From contig NC_058375.1 of assembly GCF_018350175.1 (NCBI RefSeq), positions 33,728,001-33,792,000 of the forward strand: DNA of 64,000 nucleotides, written 5' to 3'. Below, in pieces: positions 35,556-48,325 of the stretch. Both the position numbers and the translations under genes were made by a program. This stretch comes from Felis catus. Taxonomy: Eukaryota. Each line of letters starts with the position of its first letter. Positions within the stretch are counted from its first letter, which is position 1. The notes below the pieces were generated by a model. It had not been told where the DNA came from, made no database searches, and saw nothing but the letters and a program-made list of their open reading frames with translations.

Positions 35556-37269
35556 AAGCAGGGATGCCTGTCTTAGATTCCATCCTAGAAGCTATATTGG
35601 CAGGATAAATAGAGGTGATTGATACCTGCCCTCTCCAGTGGGGCAAACATATTTGGAATGTAGAATTTACACCTGTGACCAAAGTCTTAAGGAGATACGT
35701 GGACGAGTTGTGGCTTGTAGAAAGATATATTATGATGGTACAAAAACAAATCTAAGCAACTGGTGATTTTTCTCTGCAGAAATTTAAGCTAGGGAGGATG
35801 CTGAGGTCTGTCTACAGAAGTATCTAAAGGGCTGCATTAAGGAAGATGAATAAGAATTGCCCTGCATAGTCCCAAATTTAGAATTACTATAAATTTTACT
35901 AGGACACCAAGCTTCAGATTGACTACAGAAAAGTTCCAACATCCAGAGATATTCATAGACAGAAAAGACTGTCCTGAGAAGCAATGAGCTCCCTGTTTCT
36001 GTTGAGAGGTTCAGGCTGAATCTAGCTGACCATATGTCAGGGACACAGTGGGATCAACCCGGACTTAGAGGTGGAGCAGGAGGACTGCTGAGGTCCATTC
36101 CATCCGGAGGAGTTAAGGTCTTTTCCATCTTCTCTGTCCTCTTTACTATCTATCTTCACCTGTTTCCCAATGCCTAATACCTGGAGCACTGTAGCAGCCT
36201 CTCACTGTGACTCTCATCCCCCAGTCCCACCCACTCACTCAGTCCTACAGCATTTTCTAGGAGCAATCTAAATAAAAGAGCATTTTCAGTGTGGCCTTTG
36301 TCCACTCATTCTACTGGTGCAGAATGTATGGAGGAAGGAGCATTGGGTAGGTAGAAGAGAAAAAGAGGGAATAGAGATGGGGGATAGCTCCAGAACTCCA
36401 GAAGCACTCTCAGTCCCACAATTTTGGACAACAGTGACAGGGAGCATCACTGAACTATAAGTATCTTGGCGGGAAGCATCTGCCTTGCTCCCTGCTCCTC
36501 AATAAGAGATCCTTAGAGCAATTTCCAATGTCAGAGTGGTCCTCCAAATCCTTGCCTCCCCTGAGATCTCCTTGCAGCCTCCCTCCTCCTCTCCCATATC
36601 CTAGTGCTGTCCTATCAACCTTCCCCACCTCTCACCTGCATCCCTTGACTTGCCCACTTCCAAGGGTCCCCCTGATTGGGACAGACACATGGGAGAGCCC
36701 CGCTGCCTCAGCCTCCCCAGCAACAGCCCCTCCTCCTTCTCTTTGTCTTCATTGGCAACTGAAGGCCAAATGTCTTAAGGGAGATGTGCATACTCAGTCA
36801 GAGGGAAAAGAAAGGTAGTTGGATAGAGAGCAAGTCAGAGTTGGGGAAGAAGAAGTGGACAAAGGATAGGACAGAGCAAAGAGCACAGGCATGAAGGGAC
36901 CTGCAGATGTGCAGATTTGTAGAAAGTCGAGAGAACCAGAGCAGAGAAAGGATGCCTCAGAGGAGCAGACACCCAAGCCATGGGCCACCGTCCCCACTCC
37001 CACTGCTCTTTACCTGCTCTCAGGCTCTGTGTGAGGGATGGGCCAGAAGCCTGAGGAGCTCTCCTTTGAAACTGTGCTCACGGGGGCCCCAGTTCCCAGG
37101 AGGACAAATCCAATGACTTCCAACGAACTCTCTGTGCCTTAAATCCCCCAGGGACTGAGTATCAAGTCTGCACTCCCATCACCTAGTACTCAAGACCCCC
37201 TGACTGGAGCCCCAACTACTCCCCAGAGGTCCATGCCCTCCTGTGCCACATATTTTCTCTGGGTTAGCG

Positions 37270-37480
37270 GTAGACTGCATATGTTCAATCCCTAGTGTCA
37301 CAGTTACCAGCTGTGACTTTGGGCAAGTTTCAGAAACCTTTCCAGGCCTCCAGGCCTTTTATCAGGAAACTAGAACCTGCTCCATAGAGTTGTAGGGAGG
37401 GTAAAAGGAGTTCACAAATAGAAAGCTTTTAAGACTGTGCCAAGTGTATAGGAAGTAAGTCACCTGTACATTTATTATTC
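37270..37480 (+). mobile_element. MIR
   Basis: gttcaatccctag...ttaccagctgtgactttgggcaagtt. Confidence 0.7.
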
Positions 37481-37906
37481 TCCCTCATTTGCACCTTCTA
37501 TGCTCTCCACCTGAAGACCCTCTTCCCTTGTGTCTTTAAGTCTGCCCTAAATTTCAGGTCCACCCCCTCAGGAAGGCAGCCATGACTGACCTCCTGTTAC
37601 CCTCACTCTCCATTATTGTTCCTGGGAGTTCTGTGTGATCTGTGAGGGCCCTGAGGAGGGAAGGAAGGCAGAGCAAGTGCAAAGGTTTTGTCTACTATTG
37701 GAATTAAGTTTCAACATGTGGAAATTAAATAATACACTCTAATGCAACCAATAGGTCAAAGGAGAAATCACAAGGGAAAACAGAAGATACTTGAGAGGAA
37801 TGAACACAAAAAACAGAGCACTTCAAAATTCACAGAACGCAAAAAAAAAGTTTATTTAAAAATAAGAAAGATCTCAAATCACCTCATTCACCGTAAGTTA
37901 CAGAAG

Positions 37907-38415
37907 AGGGGGGCATCTGGCTGGCCTTAGCCCAGTGGGTACAGCATGCAACTCTTGATCTCAGGGTGTGAGTTCAAACCCCACATTGGGTGTGGAGCCT
38001 ACTTAAAAAGAATAAATAAAATAAAAATTAAAAAATTAAAAAATTAAAAAGAAACTAGAAGACCTTGGTTGTACTAGAAGAGAACTAGCTTGACAGTAGT
38101 AACCACTATCAGAACATCACATTGTAGACCTTAAATATATGCAATGTTTATTTGTCAACCATACTTCAATAAAGCTGGGAGAAAAGGGGTGCCTGGGTGG
38201 CTCAGTGAGTGAAGTGTCTGACTTAGGTTCAGGTCATAATTTCACGGTTTGTGGGTTCAAGCCCCGTGTGGGGCTCTGTGCTGACAGCTCAGAGTCTGGA
38301 GCCTGCTTCAGATTCTGTGTCTCCTTCTCTTTCTCTCCCTTCCCCACTCATGCTCTGTCTCTCTGTCTCTCAAAAAACTTTAAAAAATATTTTTAAAAAA
38401 TTGTTTTAAATTAAA
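37907..38415 (+). mobile_element. Two CAN-SINEs (37907-38050, 38186-38415) within L1 fragments
   Basis: The second copy is flanked by aaagc(tg/ca)ggagaaaa TSD. Confidence 0.85.
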
Positions 38416-41094
38416 AAGCCAGGAGAAAAGAAATATTATATTATATTTTAGTAAATGTTTTTTCTGCAACTATTCAAGTGGCCATATATTTTTTTCTTCT
38501 TTCTTCCTTTAGGGCATTTTTCAGTTCATTTACCCAATTTCCCCAAATTGTCAAAAGTCATATGATGAAATTGTTAACAATATATCTTTACCATGTATTT
38601 TGATTTTTGCAGATTTAAGGGGACTAGTCTTGAAGAGAGAATCAAAGGGAACTTCTCTTTATCTGTATTGTTTAAATGTTTATAATGAATATATCGATGT
38701 TCACTTGTATAATTAAAGTAAAAAGAAATTACAAACAGTAGCAGTAAAAGTACTTGAGAGATTCCTGATGCAATTGGGCTATCACTGTCCCCCATAAGGC
38801 TAACAGCAGTGATCTTCAGTGACTGACTTACATGTCAAGGCTAGTTCAAGGTGGAGAGAAGCTTCTTAGGCAGCATATGCCCGCTGAGTCTGGAGGCCTG
38901 CTTAGGGACTGGGTGCGTGACTTCCCAAACGTAATCATAGGCTCCAGACATTGAGCTACTGAGAATTCCCCACCAGCTCTGCATTAGCCTGACGTTTCCC
39001 AGGAGGATATAAGAACTGTTGGTTATACAGAGTTAAACTTTTCTCATCTCAATTAAGCCAAAAGTAATGTCTTGATTGCTCTTCCTCTTTCCCCCTCCTG
39101 CTGTGAGTCTCCAACTTTGTTCCCCAGTTCCTGGGAGCCACCCCTGGGTCCCTCTGCCCCAGGAGTCCTTCTTCCTGGTTGTGGTCTGGCTAAGCCACAG
39201 CGGAGTTGCTCTGACATAAGAAGTCCTGGGGGAGCTTGTTAAATTCAGTGTTTAAGAACATGGAAGGAACACCATTAAGAAGTTCAGCTCATTAGACAGC
39301 TGGGCCAGCCACAGCAGCTACGCAGCAAGATCAGAGGTGACCCAGTGTCCCTCAGAGGCATCTGAAGAAACCTGCTTTAACTTCAACCTGACTTTATCCT
39401 GAGCATGTACACCAGCCAACAAGCACCTGCCCAAATCACCTTCCCCTCCACCACCACCATCACCTGTTTTTTTCATCAGACATTACCTTACCACAGCCAC
39501 ATCGCCCTGTTAGTATTCACCTCCACATTCATTTGGCATCCCTCCCAAAATGTCACCCTTTCCCCAGTGCATCATTGCCCTCAGCATTATCACTCAACTC
39601 ATCATCTCCCCACCACCAACATCAGGGTCATCATCATCCTGTTGTGGTGCAAACACCCTCATTAACTCTGCCACTCTGTCAGTCCATCAAGGCCAGCACT
39701 TCCAGGGCCAGCGCCCCAGTGTGTATCTGCAGCTCATGAGAAGAGAGCGGTGGCCCAGAGCTTCAGAGGAAAAGCCTGTATTTGGAAAGGCAAATATTTT
39801 TAAATAGCTGTTCTGTGATTTCAGTCAAGTACAAAAGGACAAAGCAGACCATGTGAAGATAACAGACTGAAGGAAGAATGCATTTAAGCCAACAAAGTAC
39901 ATTTACCACAGTAGTCAAATATAGCCTGAAGTAGAGACAGTAAATGGCACAATGGGCCTTGCATAAAAATTAAAGTATTCGCGGGACACAGGGAAGAAGA
40001 AAGAAAATTAGGATAATTACGGAATGAAGATGAGTTACAAAGATCTGTCTGCAAGTATTAAAGAGTTTCTACAGAAGAAACAGTAAAACAGAGGCAATAT
40101 TCAGAAGTACAATATAAGAAACCTTTCTGGATCTCAAAAAGAAACACCCTGAAGATCAACATGCCCCCACTATATTCCAGGGAAAATTCATGAAGGAGGT
40201 CTACACCTGGACACATCCACCTGACAATTTGCTCTCCACACCACAGCCAGAATGATCCATTCAACAACCAAGGAGCAAAGTCAAGTTTCATTGCATTATC
40301 TGAATCGGTAGGATGTACCTGCAGCATCCACACATATCTTTGCAACACCAAATGGGAATGCAGGCCTCGCCGCTACCCTGTCTGCTCTCCCTGCCTTCAG
40401 GGGCCTCTCTGGCCAGCCTCTTGCCTTAAGTATTCCCCAGGTGGGAAGGAGACACTAGTCTCACTCATCCCCCAAACTTGAGGGACACATGTCAATCTCC
40501 CAGTCGCTCCTGGAGCACCTGTCTGATTGCATCCTCAGGCCAGGGCAGGGAGGCCTAGAATTGCTTCAGCTCAGCACAAATCTCTCTGTGTGGCCTCTCT
40601 GACTGTTCTCCTAGAGCTTCTTCCACTTGACAGGTGAGGGGCTAGGGAGAACCCATTCCCACTGAGAGGGGAAGAGCACATTACTCTCTCCTGGCATGAA
40701 GCCTACACTAAACAATGAACTCTCCAATGTAATGAACGTCCTTTCCATGTCTCAATTCTTTTCAAACAGTCTACAAGTGCATGGTGATGGAGTGATGAAC
40801 ACAGGACTGGGTTGTGTCTGGCAACTCATTGAGGCTCTTGCAGAAAGTGGAGCTTCTCGCCAAACTTTTGATACAACAGGAAAAGCCTCAGTCAACATTG
40901 TGTTATGACTACATTCCTGAAAAGTTGGGAGAATATGAGAAGGGAATCAACCATAATCCCACTTCTCTAAAACCAAAGCCATCTTCTTGTTAGTGTTTTT
41001 TCTCCATTATCTTATCAACTACAAGGTTTTGTGTAAATTTGTATTTATCGTATGCCGGTCCTTTTGTAGACTGTTTTTATTGACTTCATGTTCT

Positions 41095-41272
41095 TTTTTT
41101 AAGTTTAAAAAAATTTTTTTAAGTTTATTTGTTTCCTTTGAGAGAGAGACAGAGATAGCAAGTGGGGGAGGGGTAGTGAGAAAGGGAGAGAGAGAATCTC
41201 AAGATTCTCAGATCGTGACCTGAGCCAAAACCAAGAGTTGGACGCTTAACTGACTGAGCCACCCAGGCGCCC
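41095..41272 (-). mobile_element. CAN-SINE with internal deletion
   Basis: TSD acttcatgtt. Confidence 0.85.
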
Positions 41273-41539
41273 CATCCACTTCATGTTATAGCATATGCAT
41301 TGTCCCAAGTTGTGCTACATTCAAAATATCATCTTAAGTGAATGCATAATGACATACACATTTTCACAAATCCTTTTATAAGCAATACTGAAATGAATAT
41401 CTTTACACATGTAGACTTCATTCTTGGACTGATTCCTTAGGAGTGTTAGCTAAAATCGGTGTCATAGACTACGCTGGTCACCTGATTTTTCTGGCCAGTA
41501 TCCATTCTCATTGCTTCTACTGATAGTTCCCTGAAGCTT

Positions 41540-42060
41540 TTCTCCATAAAAGAGAAAATTTGGGTATGTTGTGTTTTCATATTCATCCAGTTCAAAATAC
41601 TTTCTAATTTTCCTTGTTCATTTCTTCTTTGGTCCATGGGTTATTTAGAAGCCTGCTATTTAATTTCCAGATATTTGTAGATTTTTTAGAAATCTTTGTT
41701 ACAGGTTCCTAATTTAATTTCACTGTGACCAGAGAACACACTCTCCATGACTTGAATACTTTCTAGTTTATTGAGACTTGTTTAATAGCCCAGAACATTG
41801 ACGGTATGGATCAAATAACCCCTGTAATTGAAAGAAATGTTTATTCTGCTGTCATTGGATGGAGTGTTTTATAAGTGCCAATTAGGTCAATTAGGTCAAG
41901 TTGCTAGTGTTGTTGAAGTCTGCTATATCTCTGTGGATTTTGTATGTACTTGTCTTATTGATTATTGAGAAAGGGGTCTTGAGATTTCCAAAAATAATTG
42001 TGAATCTGTCTATTTCTCCTTGGAGATCTCTACATTTTTGCTTCACATATGGTGAACTCT
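41540..42060 (-). mobile_element. Old L1 ORF2 (endonuclease-proximal) fragment
   Basis: ggtccatgggttatttagaag...gaaagaaatgtttattctgctg. Confidence 0.75.
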
Positions 42061-43946
42061 TACCAGGATAGCTTTCCTGGCCCCTCCTAGAGCAACTTCA
42101 TCACCAACCCACCCACCCCTACCCCAAAACCAACAGGGGAGAGGAAGATCCAGAGTGCAGCAGGCACTCTGTGTGTACAGTTAGGAGCACTGGTAGACCA
42201 GCCTGCCAGACTCACCCTATAGCCCCCAAATTAGTAGTTTCTATTATTATTTTAGTCACATGGTGCTTGTTTAGATTTACCTATGTTTACCAGTTTCTTT
42301 GTTCATTCATTGCCATGCCAGTTACCAATTCATTGCCTGTTGCCCCAAACCAACCGCGCGCATTGTCTCATTTTGTGCTCCTGGAGCTGGACCCTGAAAC
42401 ATTTTTTCCTTTACCCGCTGACACGTTGTAATGTTAAACTGTGTCAGTAGAGAGCACCAGAGATTCACTGCAGGAGGAAGGGGCTTTTCTTTCTGTTTCC
42501 AGTGTGTTTGACTTCTTGTCACTTCTACAGCCAAGGGAACTGCCAGCAATGTGCATTCAGCCTGCAACAAGTTTTGCTGTCGCTGGTGGAAAGGCTTCCT
42601 ATTTACCAATCCTAGCTCATAGTCCTCTACTCTGTTGTTACTTCTTGCATTTCCTACTTCCTGGGATCAAATTTTCTTCTTATCCTTTGGCTTTTCTTTG
42701 AATAAGAGCTTATTAGTGGTAAATTCTCCTTGTTCAGCACTTGGTCTTATATGATGGACATGTCTTATATGTCTTATATGTCAGTCATGAATGATAATTT
42801 GGCTGGGTATGAAATTCTAGATTCATAGTTGTTTTCTTTTGACACTTAGAAAGTAACAACAACTTAGAAAATTCACAACATACTCAGGTAAGGAAAAAAT
42901 CATGAAAGCAGCAAGGGAAAAAGTCCTTAACCTACAAGGGAAGAGAGATCAGGTGTGCAGCAGACCTATCCACAGAAACTTGGCAGGCCAGAAAAGAGTG
43001 GCAGGATATATTCAATGTGCTGAAGTGGAACAATATGCAGACAAGATGTCTTTATCCAGCAAGGCTGTCATTCAAAATTGAAAGAGAGATTAAAAGTTTC
43101 CCAGACAAACAAAAATTAAGGGAGTTAATAACCACTAAACCAGCCCTGCAAGGAATTTTAAGGAGGACTCTCTGAGGAGAGAAAAGACAAAAAATAAATA
43201 AATAAAAACCAAAAGCAACAAAGACTAGAAAGGACCAGAGAACATCACTAGACATTCCAATTCTACAAGAAACATAATGACGATAAATTCATATCTTTCA
43301 GTACTCACTCTAAATGTCAATGGACTCAGTCCTCCAATCAAAAGACATACAGTAACATAAAGGATAAGAAAACAAGATCCATCTTTATGCTGTTTACAAG
43401 AGACCCACTTTGGACCTAGAGACACCTTCAGATTGAAAGTAAGGGGATGGAGAACCATCTATCATGCTAATGGTCGACAAAAGAAAGCTGGAGTAGCCAT
43501 ACTTATACCAGGCAATCTAGATTTTAAAATAAAGACTGTAACAAGAGATGAATAAGGGCATTATATCATAATTAAGGGGTCTATCCACCAAGAAGACCTA
43601 ACAACTGTAAACATTTAGGCTGAAAATGTGGTAGCACCCAAATATATAAATCAATTAATCACAAACATACAGAAAATCATTGATAATAATACCATAATAC
43701 TAGGAGACTTCAATTTTTTCACCCCACTTATAGCAATGGACAGGTCATCTGATCAGAAAATCAACAAGGAAACAATGGCTTTGAATGACACACTGGACCA
43801 GATGGACTTAACAGATATATTCAGAACATTTCATCCTAAAGCAGTGGAGTATACATTCTTCTCCAGTACACATGGAACATCCTCCAGAATAGATCACTTA
43901 CTGGAACACAAATTAGCCCTCAACAAGTACAAAAAGATCGAGATCA

Positions 43947-44173
43947 GGGGTGCCTGGGTGGCTCAGTCGGTTGAATGTCTGACTTTGGCTCAGGTCATGA
44001 TCTCATGGTTTGTGGTTCCAGCCCCGCATCAGGCTCTGTGCTGATGGCTCGGAGCCTGGAGCCTGCTTCTGATTCTGTGTCTCCCTCTCTCTCTGCCCTT
44101 CCCCTGCTCACACTCTGTCTCACTCTCTCTCAAAAATAAATAAACATTTAAAAAAATAATTAATTAATTTAAA
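43947..44173 (+). mobile_element. CAN-SINE nested in L1 ORF2
   Basis: Perfect 16-bp TSD aaaaagatcgagatca (43931-43946, 44174-44189). Confidence 0.95.
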
Positions 44174-46505
44174 AAAAAGATCGAGATCATACTGTGCATA
44201 TTTTCAGACCACAACTCTATGAAACTCGAAATCAACCAACCACAAGAAAAAATTTGGAAGGATAACAAATACTTGGACACTAAAGAACATCCTACTAAAG
44301 GATGAATGGGCTAACAAATAAGTTAAAGAGGAAATTACAAAGTACATGGAAGCCAATGAAAATGATAATACCACAGCCCCAGACCTCTGGGACACAGCAA
44401 AGCGGTCATAAGAGTAAAGAATATAGCAATCTAGGCCTTCCTAAAGAAGGAAGAAAGGTCTCAGATACACACCTACGCTTTCACCTTAAAGAGCTGATAA
44501 AAGAACANNNNNNNNNNNNNNNNNNNNNNNNNNNNNNNNNNNNNNNNNNNNNNNNNNNNNNNNNNNNNNNNNNNNNNNNNNNNNNNNNNNNNNNNNNNNN
44601 NNNNNNNNNNNNNNNNNNNNNNNNNNNNNNNNNNNNNNNNNNNNNNNNTTGATAAACCACTGGCCAGTGTGATAAAAAAAAAAAAAAGGAAAAGACCCAA
44701 ATAAATAAAATCAAGAATGAAAGAGGAGAAATCACAACCAACACAGCAGAAATACAAACAATAATAAGAGAATATTATGAGAAATTATATACCAATAAAA
44801 TGTGCAATCTGGGAGAAATGGACAAATTCCTAGAAACATAAACCACCAAAACTGAAACAGAAAGGAATAGAAAATTTTAACAGACCCATACCCAGTAAAG
44901 AAATCGAATTAGTAATCAAAAATCTCCCAAAAAACAAGCGTCTAGGGCCAGATGGTTTTCCAGGGGAATTCTACCAAACATTTAAGGAAAAGTTAACACC
45001 TATTCTCTTGAAGCTGTTCCAAAAAATAGAAATGGAAGGAAAACTTCCAAACTCTTTCTATGAAGTCAGCATTACCTTGACTTCAAAACCAAAGACCCCG
45101 CTAAAAAGGAGAACTATAGACCAATTTCCCTGATGAACATGGATGCAAAAATCCTCAACAAGATATTAGCCAACTGGATCCAACAATACATTAAAAAAAT
45201 TATTCACCACAACCAAGTGGGATTTATACCTGGGATGCAGGGCTTGTTCAATATCTGCAAAACAATCAATGTGATTCACCACCTCAATAAAAGAAAGGAC
45301 AAGAACCACATGACCCTCTTAATAGATGCAGAGAAAGCATTTGACAAAACACAGCATCGTTTCTTGGGTTCCTACTCCCAAGAAAGTAGGGATAGGAGGA
45401 TCATAACTCAAGATCATAAAAGCCATATATGAAAGACCCAACACTAATACCATCCTCAATGGGGGAAAACTGANNNNNNNNNNNNNNNNNNNNNNNNNNN
45501 NNNNNNNNNNNNNNNNNNNNNNNNNNNNNNNNNNNNNNNNNNNNNNNNNNNNNNNNNNNNNNNNNNNNNNNNNNNNNNNNNNNNNNNNNNNNNNNNNNNN
45601 NNNNNNNNNNNNNNNAACTTCCACTCTTCGCAGGTGATATGATATTCTATATGAAAACCCCAAAAGATTCCACAAAAAAACTGCTAGAACTGATCCATGA
45701 ATTCAGCAAAGTTGCAGGATATAAAATCAGTGCACAGATATTGGTTGCATTCCTACACACCAACAGTGAAGCAACAGAAAGAGAAATCAAGGAATCAATC
45801 CCATTCACAATTGCACCAAAACTATAAAATACCTNNNNNNNNNNNNNNNNNNNNNNNNNNNNNNNNNNNNNNNNNNNNNNNNNNNNNNNNNNNNNNNNNN
45901 NNNNNNNNNNNNNNNNNNNNNNNNNNNNNNNNNNNNNNNNNNNNNNNNNNNNNNNNNNNNNNNNNNNNNNNNNNNNNNNNNNNNNNNNNNNNNNNNNNNN
46001 NTCAATGTAATACCTATCAAAACAACACCATCATTCTTCACAGAGCTAGAACAATCCTAAAATTTGTATGGAACCAGAAAAGACCCCGAATAGCCAAAGC
46101 AATCTTGAAAAAGAAAACCAAAGCAGGAGGCATCACAATCCCAGACTTCAAGCTGTATTACAAAGCTGTAATCATCAAGACAGTATGGTACTGGCACAAG
46201 AACAGACACTCAGATCAATGGAACAGAATAGAGAACCCAGAAATGGACTCACAAACGTATGGCCAACTAATCTTTGACAAAGCCGGAAAGAATATCCAAT
46301 GGAATAAACACAGTCTCTTCAGCAAGTGGTGCTGGGAAAACTGGACAGCGACATGCAGAAGAATGAACCTGGGTCACTTTCTTACACCATACACAAAAAT
46401 ACACTCAAAATGGATTAAAGACCTAAATGTAAGACAGGAAGACATCAAAATCCTCGAGGAGAAAGCAGGCAAAAACCTCTTTGATCTTGACTGCAGCAAC
46501 TTCTT

Positions 46506-46726
46506 TTTAAAAAAATTTTTTTTCAACGTTTATTTATTTTTGGGACAGAGAGAGACAGAGCATGAACGGGGGAGGGCCAGAGAGAGAGGGAGACACAGAA
46601 TCGGAAACAGGCTCCAGGCTCTGAGCCATCAGCCCAGAGCCTGACACGGGGCTCGAACTCACGGACCGCGAGATCGTGACCTGGCTGAAGTCGGACGCTT
46701 AACCGACTGCGCCACCCAGGCGCCCC
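46506..46726 (-). mobile_element. Young felid CAN-SINE nested in L1 ORF2
   Basis: Perfect 19-bp TSD ttgactgcagcaacttctt (46487-46505, 46727-46745). Confidence 0.95.
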
Positions 46727-48113
46727 TTGACTGCAGCAACTTCTTATTCAACGTGTCTCCAGAAGCAAGGGAAACAAAAGCAAAAATGAACTATTGGGAC
46801 CTCATCAAAATAAAATCTTCTGTGCAGCGAAGGAAACAATCGGCAAAATTAAAAGAAACCAATGGAATGGGAGAAGATATTTGCAGATGACATATCAGAT
46901 AAAGGGTTGGTATCCAAAATCTATAAAGAACCTATCAAACTCAACACTCAAAAAACAAATAATCCAGTGAAGAAATGGNNNNNNNNNNNNNNNNNNNNNN
47001 NNNNNNNNNNNNNNNNNNNNNNNNNNNNNNNNNNNNNNNNNNNNNNNNNNNNNNNNNNNNNNNNNNNNNNNNNNNNNNNNNNNNNNNNNNNNNNNNNNNN
47101 NNNNNNNNNNNNNNNNNNNNNNNNNNNNNNNNNNNNNNNCAACAACGGATGTTGGTGAGAATGTGGAGAGAGAGGATCTCTTTTGCACTGCTGGTGGGAA
47201 CGCAACTGGTGCAGCCACTCTGGAAAACAGTATGGAAGTTCCTCAAAAAACTAAAAATAGAACTATCCTACGACCCAGCAATTGAACTACTTGGTATTTA
47301 TCCAAGGGATACAGGTATGCTGTTTCAAAGGGGCACATGCCCCAATGTTTATAGCAGCGCTATCAACAATAGCCAAAGTATGGAAAGAGCCCAAATGTCC
47401 ATTGGTGGATGAATGGATAAAGAAGATGTGGTATATATACAATGGAGTATTACTTGGCAATCAAAAAGAATGAAGTTTTGTCATTTGCAACTACGTGGAT
47501 GGAACTAGAGAGTATTATGCTAAACAAAATTAGTCAGTCAGAGAAAGACACAAATCATATGACTTCACTCATAGACGACTTTAAGACACAGAACAGACAA
47601 ACATAAGGGAAGGGAAGCAAAAATAATATAAAAACAGGGAGGGGCTCTTTAAGAGCCTCTTAAATATGGACTCTTTAAGAGTCTCTTAAGTTAAGAGACT
47701 CTTAAATATGGAGAACAGAGGGTTACTGGAGGGTTTGTGGGAGGGGGGATGGGCTAAATGGGTAAGGGGCCTTAAAGAATCTACTCCTGAAATCATTGTT
47801 GCACTATATGGTAACTAACTTGGATTTGCAAGTAACTAACTTGGACTAACTAAATTTAAAAAATAAAATAAAATACAACATGAAAAAATAAATAGATAAA
47901 TAAATAAACATAAAAAAATTTTTAAGAAAAAGAGAGAAAATCATTGAAATTATGAATCATAGAGTCTGAAGTGGGTAAGGACAAAAATAAAGATAACATA
48001 GGAATCAGAATTAATGAAAAGAAAGAGCCAGTGGCTGTAGGCCCCAGTGAAGGGGAGCAATTGAGTGATTACACTGTAAGTTGAGGAAGTAGTGGTCAGA
48101 AAATGGAATGTCT

Positions 48114-48325
48114 GGGGCTCTTGGGTGGCTCAGTTGGTTGAGTGTCCAACTTCAACTTTGGCTCAGGTCATGATCTCTCAGTTCATGAGTTTGAGCCCCA
48201 CATCTGGCATGCTGCTGTCAGCCTGTCAACAGAAAGCCCACTTCAGATCCTCTGTCCACCTCTCTCTGCCCTCCCCCTTCTTATGCACTCCCCAAAATAA
48301 ATAAATATTAAAAAAAAAAAAAAGA
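48114..48325 (+). mobile_element. CAN-SINE inside L2-like debris (about 47940-48900)
   Basis: TSD agaaaatgga. Confidence 0.85.

Larger units (their letters stand above)
42868..47925 (+). mobile_element. 5'-truncated felid/carnivore L1 (ORF1 end, disrupted ORF2 from about 43277, 3'UTR, A-rich tail), inactive
   Basis: ORF2 pieces [20 protein letters not shown]...[32 protein letters not shown]. Contains stops and frameshifts, the RT FADD motif reads FAGD (about 45625-45640), two nested SINEs and four N gaps. Confidence 0.95.

Noticed and set aside
43628-47473. L1 ORF2-derived ORFs as genes or an active RT system
   Set aside because: Fragmented by stops, frameshifts and SINEs; 5'-truncated; RT motif mutated; some ORFs are open only through N runs.
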